DNA of 64,000 nt from an uncultured Planctomycetota bacterium. Its GTDB lineage: Bacteria; Planctomycetota; Planctomycetia; Isosphaerales; Isosphaeraceae. A program made the position numbers and the translations under genes. The DNA is taken from positions 768,001-832,000 of the forward strand of contig CAWGMQ010000004.1 of NCBI GenBank assembly GCA_963823665.1, in the 5' to 3' direction. Position 1 is the stretch's first letter; the number at the start of each line of letters is the position of its first letter. The notes beneath the pieces were generated by a model. That model was not told the DNA's origin. It saw only the letters and a list, made by a program, of their open reading frames with translations, and ran no database searches. Below, piece by piece: positions 42,620 to 53,300 of this stretch.

Positions 42620-45600
42620 CTATCGTTTCTTTTTTCGTCGTGCGCGGTCTGGGTGCGTTGTGGGGCGTTTCGATTGGGCGCCGACGGTCACATCCCACCC
42701 CAGAAGCTGCGACAGCTCGGCCAGTGCCTTTGCCAATTGATCGGGCGGGATGCTGGCCTTTGCCGCGCATTGGTGGATACGCTCGGGTGACAGAGGGAGA
42801 TGGGGATCGACATAGAATGGCATCGAGTTCATGTGTCGGTTGAAGAGCAGGCGCCCGAATTCGGAGTGGGTCTGCGCAAGAAAGCTGGCTGCAGCGCCTC
42901 GCGCGCTACCGCCTGCATCCTCGACCGCGCGTCTGGCGAGCAGTTCTCGCGTCGCCTCGTCAGGCCACATCGTGGCCAGTGATTCCAGTGCCTGGCCGCG
43001 CGGCGCCTCGTCTGGGTCTTTTATGGCGCGCTCAGTGACCAGCGATCGTGTTCTTTCGTCAGGCCACTTCCTCGCCAAGAACCGCAGTGCTTCCGCTCTG
43101 ACGTTGTCGCGCGGATGTCGAAGGGCGTATTCGGTGAGCAGCGCTCGCGTCCGTTCGTCCGGCCACCCCTTCGCCAACGACATCAGCGCGACGAAGCTTA
43201 CGATGCGATCCGGATCTTCAACCCCGCTTTTAGTGAGCAGTGCTCGTGTCGTCTCGTCAGGCCAATTCTTCACCAACAATTCTAGCGCGTGCCGCCTGAC
43301 CAAGCTGGAGCCATCGTGGACAGCGCATTCGCACAGCAGCGATCGAGTCGATTCATCGCGCCACAGCCCGGTCAGCCTTTCCAGCGCACGTTTTTTGACG
43401 AAAGTGTTACCGTCCTGGATCGCGCGCTCGGCGAGCAGGGCTCGCGTCGTTTCATCAGGCCACCACGCCGCCAATGACCCAAGCGCGGACTCTCTCGTAT
43501 CCGCTTCCTCATCTTGAACGGCAAGCCCTGTGAGCAGCATGCGCATCGACTCATCCGGCCACTGCTTCGCCAACTTCGACAAAAGACTCCCTCTCATGTT
43601 GTCGTTCGGCTTGAGGATGGCTCGTTCCGTCACGAAGACTCGGGTCGTTTCGTCTGGCCACTTCTCCATCAGTGATTCAAGCGCGATCCTTCTTGGGCTG
43701 CCGTCCCGATCTTGATCTTCGATTGCGCGGCGGGTCAGCAGCGCTCGCGTAGTCTCATCAGGCCACTTCTCCGCCAATGACTGTAGCGCGACATACCGCG
43801 GGCTGCTGTGCTCATCTGCAACGGCGCGACGGGTCAGCAGCTCTCGCGTCGTCTCGTCAGGCCATTTCTCGGCCAAGGACTTCAGCGCGGCAGATCTTGG
43901 ACTGTGGTGCTGATCTTTCACGGCGCGACGGGTTAGCAGCTCTCGCGTCGTCTCGTCAGGCAACTCCCCCGCCAGCGCGAGCAACGCGGCCGCTCTGAGT
44001 TCGCTCGCCTGATCGTCGATGGCGAGTTGAGTCAGCAGCTCGCGCGTCGTCTCATCCGGCCACCTCTGGGCAAGCGCCGCGATCGCGCTTGCAGGAAGGT
44101 AGGGGTTTTCACAGCGGCACAGCGCCCACACCGCTTCGCGATTGCCCGTCACGTATGCGACGAAATCTGACCAGTGCTTGGTCACCAATCCCGTTTTCAA
44201 GGTGGTTCCGACAGACAGCGCGATGCTCAAGAGCTCTTCGCGACCAGGCCAGCGCGAGCCGAGCTCCCGATAAGCGGTCTGTAGGTCGTTCACGAAGCGT
44301 GTGTTGATCGTCTCAATATCGTCTGATCCTCTAAAAAGGGCAATGACCGACCGAATCAATTGCCTTCCCGCCGAGTCGAGGCGGTCGAGCTTCCGACATT
44401 CAGACAAGCACCAGATTGCCAACGGCAACTCCGGCAACGGGGCTACGCCACCCCACTTTCCGAGATCCGGCGCGCCACCAGATGCTCGACGATTTGGCCG
44501 ACGAACAGCTCATCGATCTGACCGCAAACCAGGCGCAACACTTCTCGCCAATCGTCATCGCGGCGCCGGAGGTCGAACAAGCCGATCAAGCCTTTTTCGT
44601 CCAGCGTCCGGGAGATGTTGAACTGATGCACGATCTCGGCGGCGCAGAAGTATTCCAGAAATGTGCGATGCACAAAGCTGTAGGTATCGGCACCGACGAA
44701 GCAGAGGATGAAGTTCCGCGTTCGCAGGTGGTCGACGACCGAGCGCGCGGCGGCGCGCAACTGCGCGAAGTTCAGCTCGGTGCGCAAGTGTTCTTCGATC
44801 AGACCTTCCAACTGGGAACCGCTGATCATGTTTCCTCTCAGGCCGTCAGTGCCGCATTGCATGACGGATGCGACGCGACGGAGCATGTCGCTTTTCTCGC
44901 GCCAACTGACGTCCTTGCTTAAGCCCGGGAAGTCCGCGAGCGCGCGTTCCGTGTCCCATTGATGCAGCAACAGCCGAGACGCCTGGGTATACAGATCAAC
45001 CCGGTCGCGAGGCAGTTCCTGATTGCGGTTCAGGATCGCCATCATCGTCAGGAGTAGCGGATTGCCGGCAAGCATCGCAATCGATTTCGAATCGCGAATC
45101 CCTGCCTTCAGGCGCTCCCGCTTCGGGGTAGACTGCTCGGCGCTTTCAAAGGTTTCCTCGTGCCAGCGATCGATAAATGCGTCGATTTGCGTGGCGTTTA
45201 GATCTTCCAACATGAAGTGCCTGAACTCGGCATTGCGCAGGCGCTGGGGCTGATAACCGACAACGCGCGAAGTGACGATAACTCGCGTGTGCGCATGCTC
45301 GTTGCTGAACCGCTGAATGTCGTTCACAACGTCTTCGCGTGTCTTCACGTCGAAGATTTCGTCGAGGCCATCGAGGAGCAGGAAGACGCGTCCGGGCTGT
45401 TCGAGCATCTGTTCTAAGAGTCCCTGCGGCCATTTGTGCCAGACCGGAGCTTCTTCCAGAAAGCGGAGCAACCCCTTCTGACCCTCGCACTGCCAACGTC
45501 CATAGCTGCCGAGCTCGATTACAAGCGGAACCGGCAAGGCATCACGCGCTGTGGGGTCGGCAATACTGGCCCAACGGAGGGCGAGGTACCGTACGAGCGA

Positions 45601-46598
45601 TGACTTCCCGGAACCAGGGTCGCCGAGGATCACGAGACGGTGGCTCGCACGCGACGGTTTCGGCTGCAAGGCTTCGTCGATGATTTCCAGCACCGCACGC
45701 AACGGCTGGCTGAAGTATTTCAGCCGGAGCTCCTCCGCCTGGAGCTCGCTGGCGGTGAGCCCTTCGGCGGTGAGCTGGCCCGACTCCAGCAGGCGTTTTT
45801 GGTGTTCTTTGGGAATCTCTAGCAAGCGTGGGTTGTATTCGTCACATTGCGCGCTGACTGGGGCACGAAGACACTCCACAATCGCACGCTGTAGAATGCA
45901 CCTGTCGTGTCGAGCATCTCAAAATTGAGCTTGTCGAATTGCTCGAGAACGGCGGTTCGGTAGCGCACGGAATCGAATTGGGCCGGCAACGCGATAGACG
46001 CTCCGTCACGGTCATCGGCCCACGACCGCGACGGATCGGCGAGCCAGAGATTCAAATCGCGGTCGAACACGTCGCGGAATTTGTCGGGACCCGCGTATTC
46101 CGTGTAGAAGACGGGATTGTTGAAGTTTTGCATTCGCTCGCGGAAGGCGAGCAGTTTTTGCCACTGTTCGACGGCTGCTGTCAATTCAGCCAGATCAGAT
46201 GGCATTTCCAACTTTTCTGCTTTGCGGAAGAACCACTTGATCTCCGGGAATCCGGTGTCCTTGCGGCTCTTCATCGCCCAGTTGAATTCTTCTTCCGTGC
46301 CTGATTCCGCGACGCCGGTGCGCGAGCCGAACCGCTGGCCCATGATGCCGACGACGAGGGCCAGCGAGTCCTTGTACTTTTCGAGTGTTTGCTGCGTGAT
46401 GAGTTCCTGAGGCCGGCCGACGCCGGTCGTCGCGTAGTTTTCCCAGTCGATGACGACGAATCTTGCGTTCCAGAGATGGGCGGTGCTGCGATTGTAGTCG
46501 TCGAAGAAGCGGCGCACGTGCTGGCGTTCGGCGCTCACGTCGCCGGGGGATGCGAGGAAGACGTGGTATTCCTTGACGAGTGGGGGAGTGAGCGGCAT
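42620..46598 (-). CDS. NLR-like STAND NTPase: DUF4062 - NACHT - 12 HEAT-like 33-aa repeats - C-cap (copy 1; frameshifts near 45850 and 44472)
   Basis: VFLASPGDV...RFGS.TG..SGTEEEF (DUF4062); GDPGSGKSS, LLLDGLDE, NPLLLTM, HRTFLEYF; WPDETTR repeats. Confidence 0.85.
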
Positions 46599-46814
46599 CG
46601 GAGATCACCCCTGGAAATCTGCGTTCATGTCGGGTCGTCGGGATGGGGTGATTTTCCGATACGGTGCGAGACCGGGCAAGGTGGGTGCGGTTGGCGGGAC
46701 GGAGGATTCCTGTCGATGGCTTGATTTGATGCGTTTGAACAGGGAGTTCGGAAGTCGCGATGAATCATCGCGAGATCTCCGGACGTGTGCGCGATCCCAG
46801 GCTAATGCTCGCTC

Positions 46815-46874
46815 GGCTCGGCGGGACTTCGCACTCCCAAGGCACATTCAGCTCGGCGCGAGCCTCGCACTCCC
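46815..46874 (+). repeat. Two degenerate REP-like direct repeats
   Basis: ggctcggcgggacttcgcactccc and agctcggcgcgagcctcgcactccc. Confidence 0.55.
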
Positions 46875-46894
46875 GGCAGCCGTTCAGGTCCGCA

Positions 46895-49465
46895 TCATTT
46901 CTGCGATCGACTAAGCACCCGATCGGCTTCCGCACGAAGGGACGGCACGTACGGGCCGGGCGATCGACGCGGGGAGGATTTGTCCAGCGCCTGGATGTAC
47001 CAATCAAGGGCCGCCTCTTTCTCCCCGCGGCGCCAGGAGATCATCGCCATCAAGAACTGCGCGGAGGCGTCCAGGTCCGAAGATCGGAGCGTCATCGACT
47101 TCCTCGCGGTCTCTGCGGCGAGCGGCACCTCGCCTGCGCGCAGGTAGGCCAGCGCGAGCGTGCACATGAAAGCGCGATCGTTTGGCTTCCTGACCACAGC
47201 TTTTTTCGCAAGGTCGATCGCCTCGGTTGCGCCAGGCGACGGCGCGTCTGCCCTCAATACGAGTAAACGGGCAAGGTCGCTCTGCGCGTCGGGGTCGTCA
47301 GGAGCAAGCTTGAGGGCACGACGGAGGGCTTCTTGCGCTTCGCCAAACCTTTGCATCTGTTCCAGCTTATGCGCGAGCCCGCGGTATGCGGACGCCCAGT
47401 ATTTCGCTAACGCCGTCGATCCTGACACAGCGGCCGACTGCGTCTTGTAAAAAGCCAGAAGCTGATCCCAATCCGGGACGGACCCCCCAGATCCCGTTGG
47501 GGAATGCTGGCGCCACGTGGCGATCTGGATCCAATGTTCAGTCAAGTGGTCGAGGATTGCAGGATCGTCAGGGAATTCGGCTAGAAGGCTCGCGTCCATT
47601 GACTTGACTCGACTGAACGCTGCCTCCGCTGCGCCTATTCCGCCCGTGATCGTCTGATACATGCTCACATTCAGCTCCACGTCGCTGATTGTGCGCCGGA
47701 TCTCGGTATCACCTGGCGAGCCTGCCAGCAGCTCTTTGTAGAGCTCGAGCGATCGCTGTAAATCCTTTGCGGCGCGAGGATCGCCCATGCCCACCATGCG
47801 AGCGAACCCCAGACGCCTGAACGCGAGCGCTTGCATCGGCTTGGCGATGTGGGGCTCTTGCAGCAGCTTTTCGTAGAATTCGATGGCCTGCCGGAAAAAC
47901 TCGGCACGAATCTTATTTGCCTCCGGGGACTGGGCGGCTTCGGCGTAGCGGGACATTCCCTTCATGGTCAATTCATCAGAGAGACGGAGGATCTGCTCGA
48001 ATCCTCGGTCTGCCTGCTGGAAGGTGAGGCGCAGATTATTGTTCACCTGCGCCGTGGTTCGTTGCTCCCACCAGAGCACCGGAGCGGCAATGGCCAGGGC
48101 GAGGAACGCGACTGCGCCCGTTGCTCCGAGGACGGCGCGGTGGCGGCGAGCCCATTTGGCCGCGCGCTCGGCAAACGTGGGACGGCGGGCGAGAACCGGC
48201 TTGTCCTCGAGGAAGCGACCGAGATCATCGGCGAGCTCCTGTGCGGTGGGGTAACGCCGCTCCGGATCTTTGTCCATGGCCTTCAGAACGATCGTCTCGA
48301 GATCGCGGGGGATCGCCGGGTCGAGCCTGGCCGGTGCCACCGGCTCGTCCTGGGCGATCTGCCGCAGCAGCTCCTGGCGGTCATGACCGTCGAATACCGG
48401 CTTGAGCGTCAGCAACTCGTAGAGCGTGGCACCGAGCGAGTAGATATCGGAGCGCGGGTCGTGGACATTCCGGCGGCGCAAGACCAGCTCCGGCGCCATG
48501 TAGCGCAACGTGCCGAGAAGGTCGCCGGTGCGAGTGACGCCCGGCTCGTCCTGGAATCGTGCGAGGCCGAAGTCGGTGACCCAGAGGTTGCCTTTCGAAT
48601 CGATCAAGAGGTTCGAGGGCTTGATGTCGCGGTGGAGGATCCCCATCGCGTGGGCGTGGGCGAGGGCGTCGGCGGCCTGAATGGCCAGTTTCGCGATCGC
48701 CCGAAATGCGCGGCGAGTGCGGACGGAGGTCGTCCCCGCCGGAGTTACCGTTGAGGGTGAAAGCTCGCGCGCGCCGCCGTCAACCCCGTCCACGATAAGC
48801 CCGCTTGCGGCCGGGCTCAGTCTTGCCGGTGACGGCCGCCCGGCGGGTGTGCCCGGCTCGCCCTGCGGAGATGACCCGGCGGCGCGTTGCTGGCGGATCA
48901 GCTCGGCAAGCGTGGGCCCCTCAATGTATTGCATTGCATAGAAGTGACTGCCTCCTTCGCTGCCGACGGCGAAGATCGGCACGATATGCGGGTGGTTGAG
49001 CTGGGCGACCGCCTGGGTCTCAACGCGAAATCGCTGCAATTTGAGCGGGTCGAGGGCCGCAGTCCCGGCCAGGACCTTGAGCGCGACCCGGCGGCCGAGC
49101 GAAGCTTGCTCGGCCTCGTAGACGATGGCCATTCCGCCGCGGGCGATCTCGCGAACGAGCCGATACTCGCCCAGCAGAGTCTCAGGTGGCAGGGAATCCT
49201 GGGACGGCGAGTGCGCGCGATTCGAGTAGCCCGACTCGGCAGCGGAGTGGACGAACTCGACGATGTCGAACCAATCGGCGAGTGAATCGGCGATCTCGGG
49301 GTGCTCCTCGAGCCATTGTTCGCGCGAGGGCCGTCTGCCCGCTTCGAGCTCGGCCAGATAAGCGGCCAGGGCCGATGCCACCCGTGGGTCATCGTGCGAG
49401 GCGAGGACGCCCGTTGAAACAGACGGCGTCGCACCCGCGCTGCTAATGTGATTGTCCACGCTCAT
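46895..49465 (-). CDS. Ser/Thr protein kinase with TM segment and C-terminal TPRs
   Basis: ARGGMAIVY, VALK, HRDIKPSN, DFGLA, YMAPE; ATG 49465 in ATGA overlap with the sigma stop. Confidence 0.92.
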   Translation of the reverse strand: MSVDNHISSAGATPSVSTGVLASHDDPRVASALAAYLAELEAGRRPSREQWLEEHPEIADSLADWFDIVEFVHSAAESGYSNRAHSPSQDSLPPETLLGEYRLVREIARGGMAIVYEAEQASLGRRVALKVLAGTAALDPLKLQRFRVETQAVAQLNHPHIVPIFAVGSEGGSHFYAMQYIEGPTLAELIRQQRAAGSSPQGEPGTPAGRPSPARLSPAASGLIVDGVDGGARELSPSTVTPAGTTSVRTRRAFRAIAKLAIQAADALAHAHAMGILHRDIKPSNLLIDSKGNLWVTDFGLARFQDEPGVTRTGDLLGTLRYMAPELVLRRRNVHDPRSDIYSLGATLYELLTLKPVFDGHDRQELLRQIAQDEPVAPARLDPAIPRDLETIVLKAMDKDPERRYPTAQELADDLGRFLEDKPVLARRPTFAERAAKWARRHRAVLGATGAVAFLALAIAAPVLWWEQRTTAQVNNNLRLTFQQADRGFEQILRLSDELTMKGMSRYAEAAQSPEANKIRAEFFRQAIEFYEKLLQEPHIAKPMQALAFRRLGFARMVGMGDPRAAKDLQRSLELYKELLAGSPGDTEIRRTISDVELNVSMYQTITGGIGAAEAAFSRVKSMDASLLAEFPDDPAILDHLTEHWIQIATWRQHSPTGSGGSVPDWDQLLAFYKTQSAAVSGSTALAKYWASAYRGLAHKLEQMQRFGEAQEALRRALKLAPDDPDAQSDLARLLVLRADAPSPGATEAIDLAKKAVVRKPNDRAFMCTLALAYLRAGEVPLAAETARKSMTLRSSDLDASAQFLMAMISWRRGEKEAALDWYIQALDKSSPRRSPGPYVPSLRAEADRVLSRSQK

Positions 49466-50089
49466 TGCAGGTCCCCCAGCGTGCCGCGAAGATGGCGCAG
49501 GGCGCGGAACCACATGTTCTTGACACTGTCTTCCGTGCGGTCGAGCTCCATGCGCCACCTCGGCGAAGCTCAAGCCCTCGAGATGCCTCAGAGCAATGAC
49601 ACTGCGATAGGGTGCCGGTAAGTGCTCGATCGCCTCGGCCAGGCGAGCGGCCCGCTCTTGCTTCAGTACCCGCTGGCTCGGCGATGTGTCAGGGGCGACC
49701 GGATCGAATAATCGCCCAGCGCACGAATCATCCAGAGTGACCAGTCGATGTTCCCGGCGCAGGTCGCGCCTCGCGGTGCCGAAGTAATGGCGCAACTGAT
49801 TCATCAGGATTGTCGCGAGGATTTTCCTCAGCCAGCAGAGGAACTCGCGCTCGGTGCTGCCGCGGAACCGGCCGATGTCTCGATATGCCTCGAGCGAGAC
49901 GTCTTGCAGCAGGTCTTCAATATCCAGCTTCACACGCAGGCGGCGGCCAAGGCGGCCCTGGACCTGCTCGACAAGCGGGTCACGGCAACGGTCAAGCAAT
50001 CGAACCAGGGCAGGGCTCGACCCTGCCTTGGCGAGAGTCAACAAAATCTCGGGGTCTGTGTGCATCTCGAACGTCACGCGCGAATTCAT
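49462..50089 (-). CDS. ECF sigma-70 factor (planctomycete type), frameshift near 49552
   Basis: DIEDLLQDV, FRGSTEREFLCWLRKIL, DTSPSQ, LRHLEGLSFAEVA; the shifted frame continues DRTEDSVKNMWFRALRHLR...-stop. Confidence 0.88.
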
Positions 50090-50350
50090 AAGTCCTTCAG
50101 TCACCGAACGGATGAAAACGCGCCGCGGCGCGCGAAATTCTGACGGATTTCCGGCGCAAGTTTTGACTATATCCAAGACTTGCGGCTTCAACCACGCGCT
50201 CGGGAATTCCGCATTCCCACTCGCGCGGCGCAAACCCTGGGGAACCGTGACCTCTGGCTCGCCCAGGAGAAACATCCTGCTTCGACCATTCGAACCAGCA
50301 TCCGCGGGGCGATTGCCTCGTGTGCGCAACGACACCCGGGAGGAACGAAG

Positions 50351-53300
50351 ATGGCCGCTCGCAAGTCACCTCGTATCAGTCGGTCCCTGCGAACCTCCGG
50401 ATCCTGCGCACCGCAAACGCCGCTGCCTGATGCCGCTGGTGGAAGGACTCGAGAACCGCGTCATTCTCAGCGGCACTCTCTCGGCCATTCCACCTAGCTT
50501 GGCCCTGGTGCCGGCCGCTGACCTTGTGACGACCACGAACACGAGCGATGGACTCATACCGGTCCGGCTCGCCAGTGGTGCGATCGGCTGGCTCGAGGCG
50601 CCGGCGGCTAGGGAACTGCAACTGCCGCCGGGCTCGGGCTCGTCTGGCGGCCCGACTCTGCCCTCGCAGCAAACGATCCATGCCATTCCCGGCGCGATTC
50701 TCGGCAGTCTGCCCGTGAGCTCGCCTTTTGATAACGCGGGAGACCAGGGGTCGGTGGGACCTGCCGGATACACCCCGGAGCAAATCCAGACGGCATACGG
50801 GCTCAGCACCGGCGACGGCTACAACAACGAGATCAGCTTCGGGACAGTCAAGGGAAATGGTGCCGGCGAGACCATCGGCATTTATGAGGAGGGTTACAAC
50901 CCGTCTTTCGTCGACACGAGCGATCCCACTTACAGCTCGAGCGCACTGGCGATTTTCGACAAGACATTCGGCCTGCCCGAACCGCCGAGCCTGACGTTCG
51001 TCGACCACACCGAGACGCCGATGTCAGCGACCAATAACAGCTCGAACAACCCTGACTTCGCTAATTACGGCGCGGGAGATGAGGTCGCACTCGATATTGA
51101 ATGGGTGCACGCGATGGCGCCGGCTGCCAGCATTGTCGTCCTCTGCGCGGTTCCCCAATCGAACAACTACTACGAGGACATCCCGCTGGGAATCGCGACG
51201 CTGGCCGGCCTTCCCGGTATTTCCGTGATCTCGGCGAGCTATGGCTGGTATCTCGACGACTTCGGCGTCGAATCGCTCGAGCAAAGCTGGGACAGCACGA
51301 TCATCGGGCCCGCGCTCGTGGCGAACCCCAACGTGAGTGTCTTCGCTGCAACCGGCGACAACGGGGCGTACTACGGGGTGACTTACCCGTCGGCCTCGCC
51401 GGAAGTCGTCGGGGTCGGCGGCACGAGCCTGGATCTCACGCAAAAGAATGAGTGGAGCAGCGAAACCGGGTGGAGCAGCGGCGGCGGCGGATACAGCGAC
51501 GCGTTTACTCTTCCTTCCTTCCAGCAGAACGACGGCTTCTCGGGCAATGTCTACGATCAGCGAACGACGCCCGATGTCGCAGCGGATGCCGACCCGTATA
51601 CCGGGGTGGCGTTCTACGATCCCTTCGATCTCGGCGCGGCCACGCCGTGGGCACAGATCGGCGGCACAAGCCTGGCGACTCCGCTCTGGGCCGGCATGGC
51701 CGCAATCATCGATCAAGGGCGCGCCGCAGCCGGCGGCAAGTCGATCGGCTCGACGGCGATGCTTTCAGACATTTACGAATTAGACAACCTCGCGCCCGGC
51801 GATTTTCACGATGTGACGCAGGGGAACAATGGCTACCAGGCGGGCCCGGGATACGATCTCGTCACGGGCGTGGGATCGCCCAAGGCCAACCTGCTTATTC
51901 CTGCGCTCGCCGCGCTGGGGCAAGCCAGCACCGCGAGCATCTCCACCCAGCCGCCGCCGAGCGTGGTCACCGGCGCCACGTTCGGCATCATCGCGTCGGC
52001 GACCGACTCTCTTGGGATTATCGATCAAGGCTACAGCGGCAGTGCAACGCTCTCGCTGGCGAGCGGGCCGAGCGGGGCCACCTTCACTCCCCTGACCGTG
52101 CCAGTCACGGATGGTCTGGCGGTTTTCACAAATGTTTCCCTGGGCAGCAAGAAGGGGAGCGGGTACACGTTCCGAGTTTCCATGACCGGCCTTCCCTCGA
52201 CGCTGACCAATCCGACCGCTCTCGTTGCGCCGCAGTCGAACACAGGCTACTTCTATCCGTTCCCGCTGTCGAACAGCTTGGGGACCGCGGTCGCCGCGGC
52301 TGACTCGAATGCGCTTGCGAGCGAGGTCATCACGCTCTCGGTCTCGAGCATTCCCTATGCGGTGACCGGCGGCCAGCTCTTGATCCAGAACACGTCGACG
52401 CAGAAGAGCAAGTCAATCACGATTACCGGACAAGGCGAGTCGAGCTCGGTCATCAGCGCGCTGTCGACAAGCCGCGTGTTCGAGATCGTGGGGAACAGCT
52501 CGCTCTCGGTGCTCATGCACGGCCTGGCGATCAGCGGCGGCCGGGCGAGCGACGGCGGCATCCTGGGGGGCGGCGCGGCGCTGGGCGGGGGGCTATTGAT
52601 TGACGGGGGCAACGTGGCGCTTTCGAGCGTCGCCGTGATGGGCAACGCCGCCAGTGGTGCGGCCGCGGCGGGGGGAGCTGTCGGCCACTCGGCGACGGCG
52701 GCGCATCCGACTGGAGGGCCCGGCGGCAACGGAGGCGCGGGCGGCAATGCGCTCGGGGGCGGCATTTATCTGGGCACGGGGACGCTGACGCTCACGAGCG
52801 ACGTCATCGAGGGTAACGTGGCGCAGGGTGGTGCGGGCGGCGACGGCGGGCGCGGCGGCAATGGATTCTCCGAGTACCAGACGACGTCGGGCAACAGCTT
52901 CATCGGTTCGTTCTACGCGGGCAATGCTGGCAATGGTGGCGCCGGCGGTGCCGGCGGCAACGGTAATGGCGGCGGACTTTACATCGCCGGTGGGAGTCTC
53001 GCTCCCCTGAATAGCAGCGTCGTGCTGGAGGGCAACTCCGCGCAAGGGGGTACGGGAGGCGATGGAGGAGCAGGAGGACGTGCAGGACTATACGGAGATT
53101 TTCGCGCCGGCAACGGCGGTGCCGCGGGACCTGGCGGCGACGGCGCCGGCGGCGGAATCTTCCTGGGCAACGTGAGCGTGCAGGTGTACCGCCCGAGCCA
53201 GATCGAAGGTAACACGGCCGCTGGAGGCGTGGGTGGGCGCGGCGGCAACGGAGGCACGGGGGCGCTGGGAGCGAACGGCGCGTTCGGCGTATCGGGCGGA

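Noticed and set aside
46895..50335. 1146-aa sigma factor-kinase fusion ORF
   Set aside because: Artefact of an indel near 49552; the shifted frame completes sigma region 4 and stops in an ATGA overlap with the kinase start
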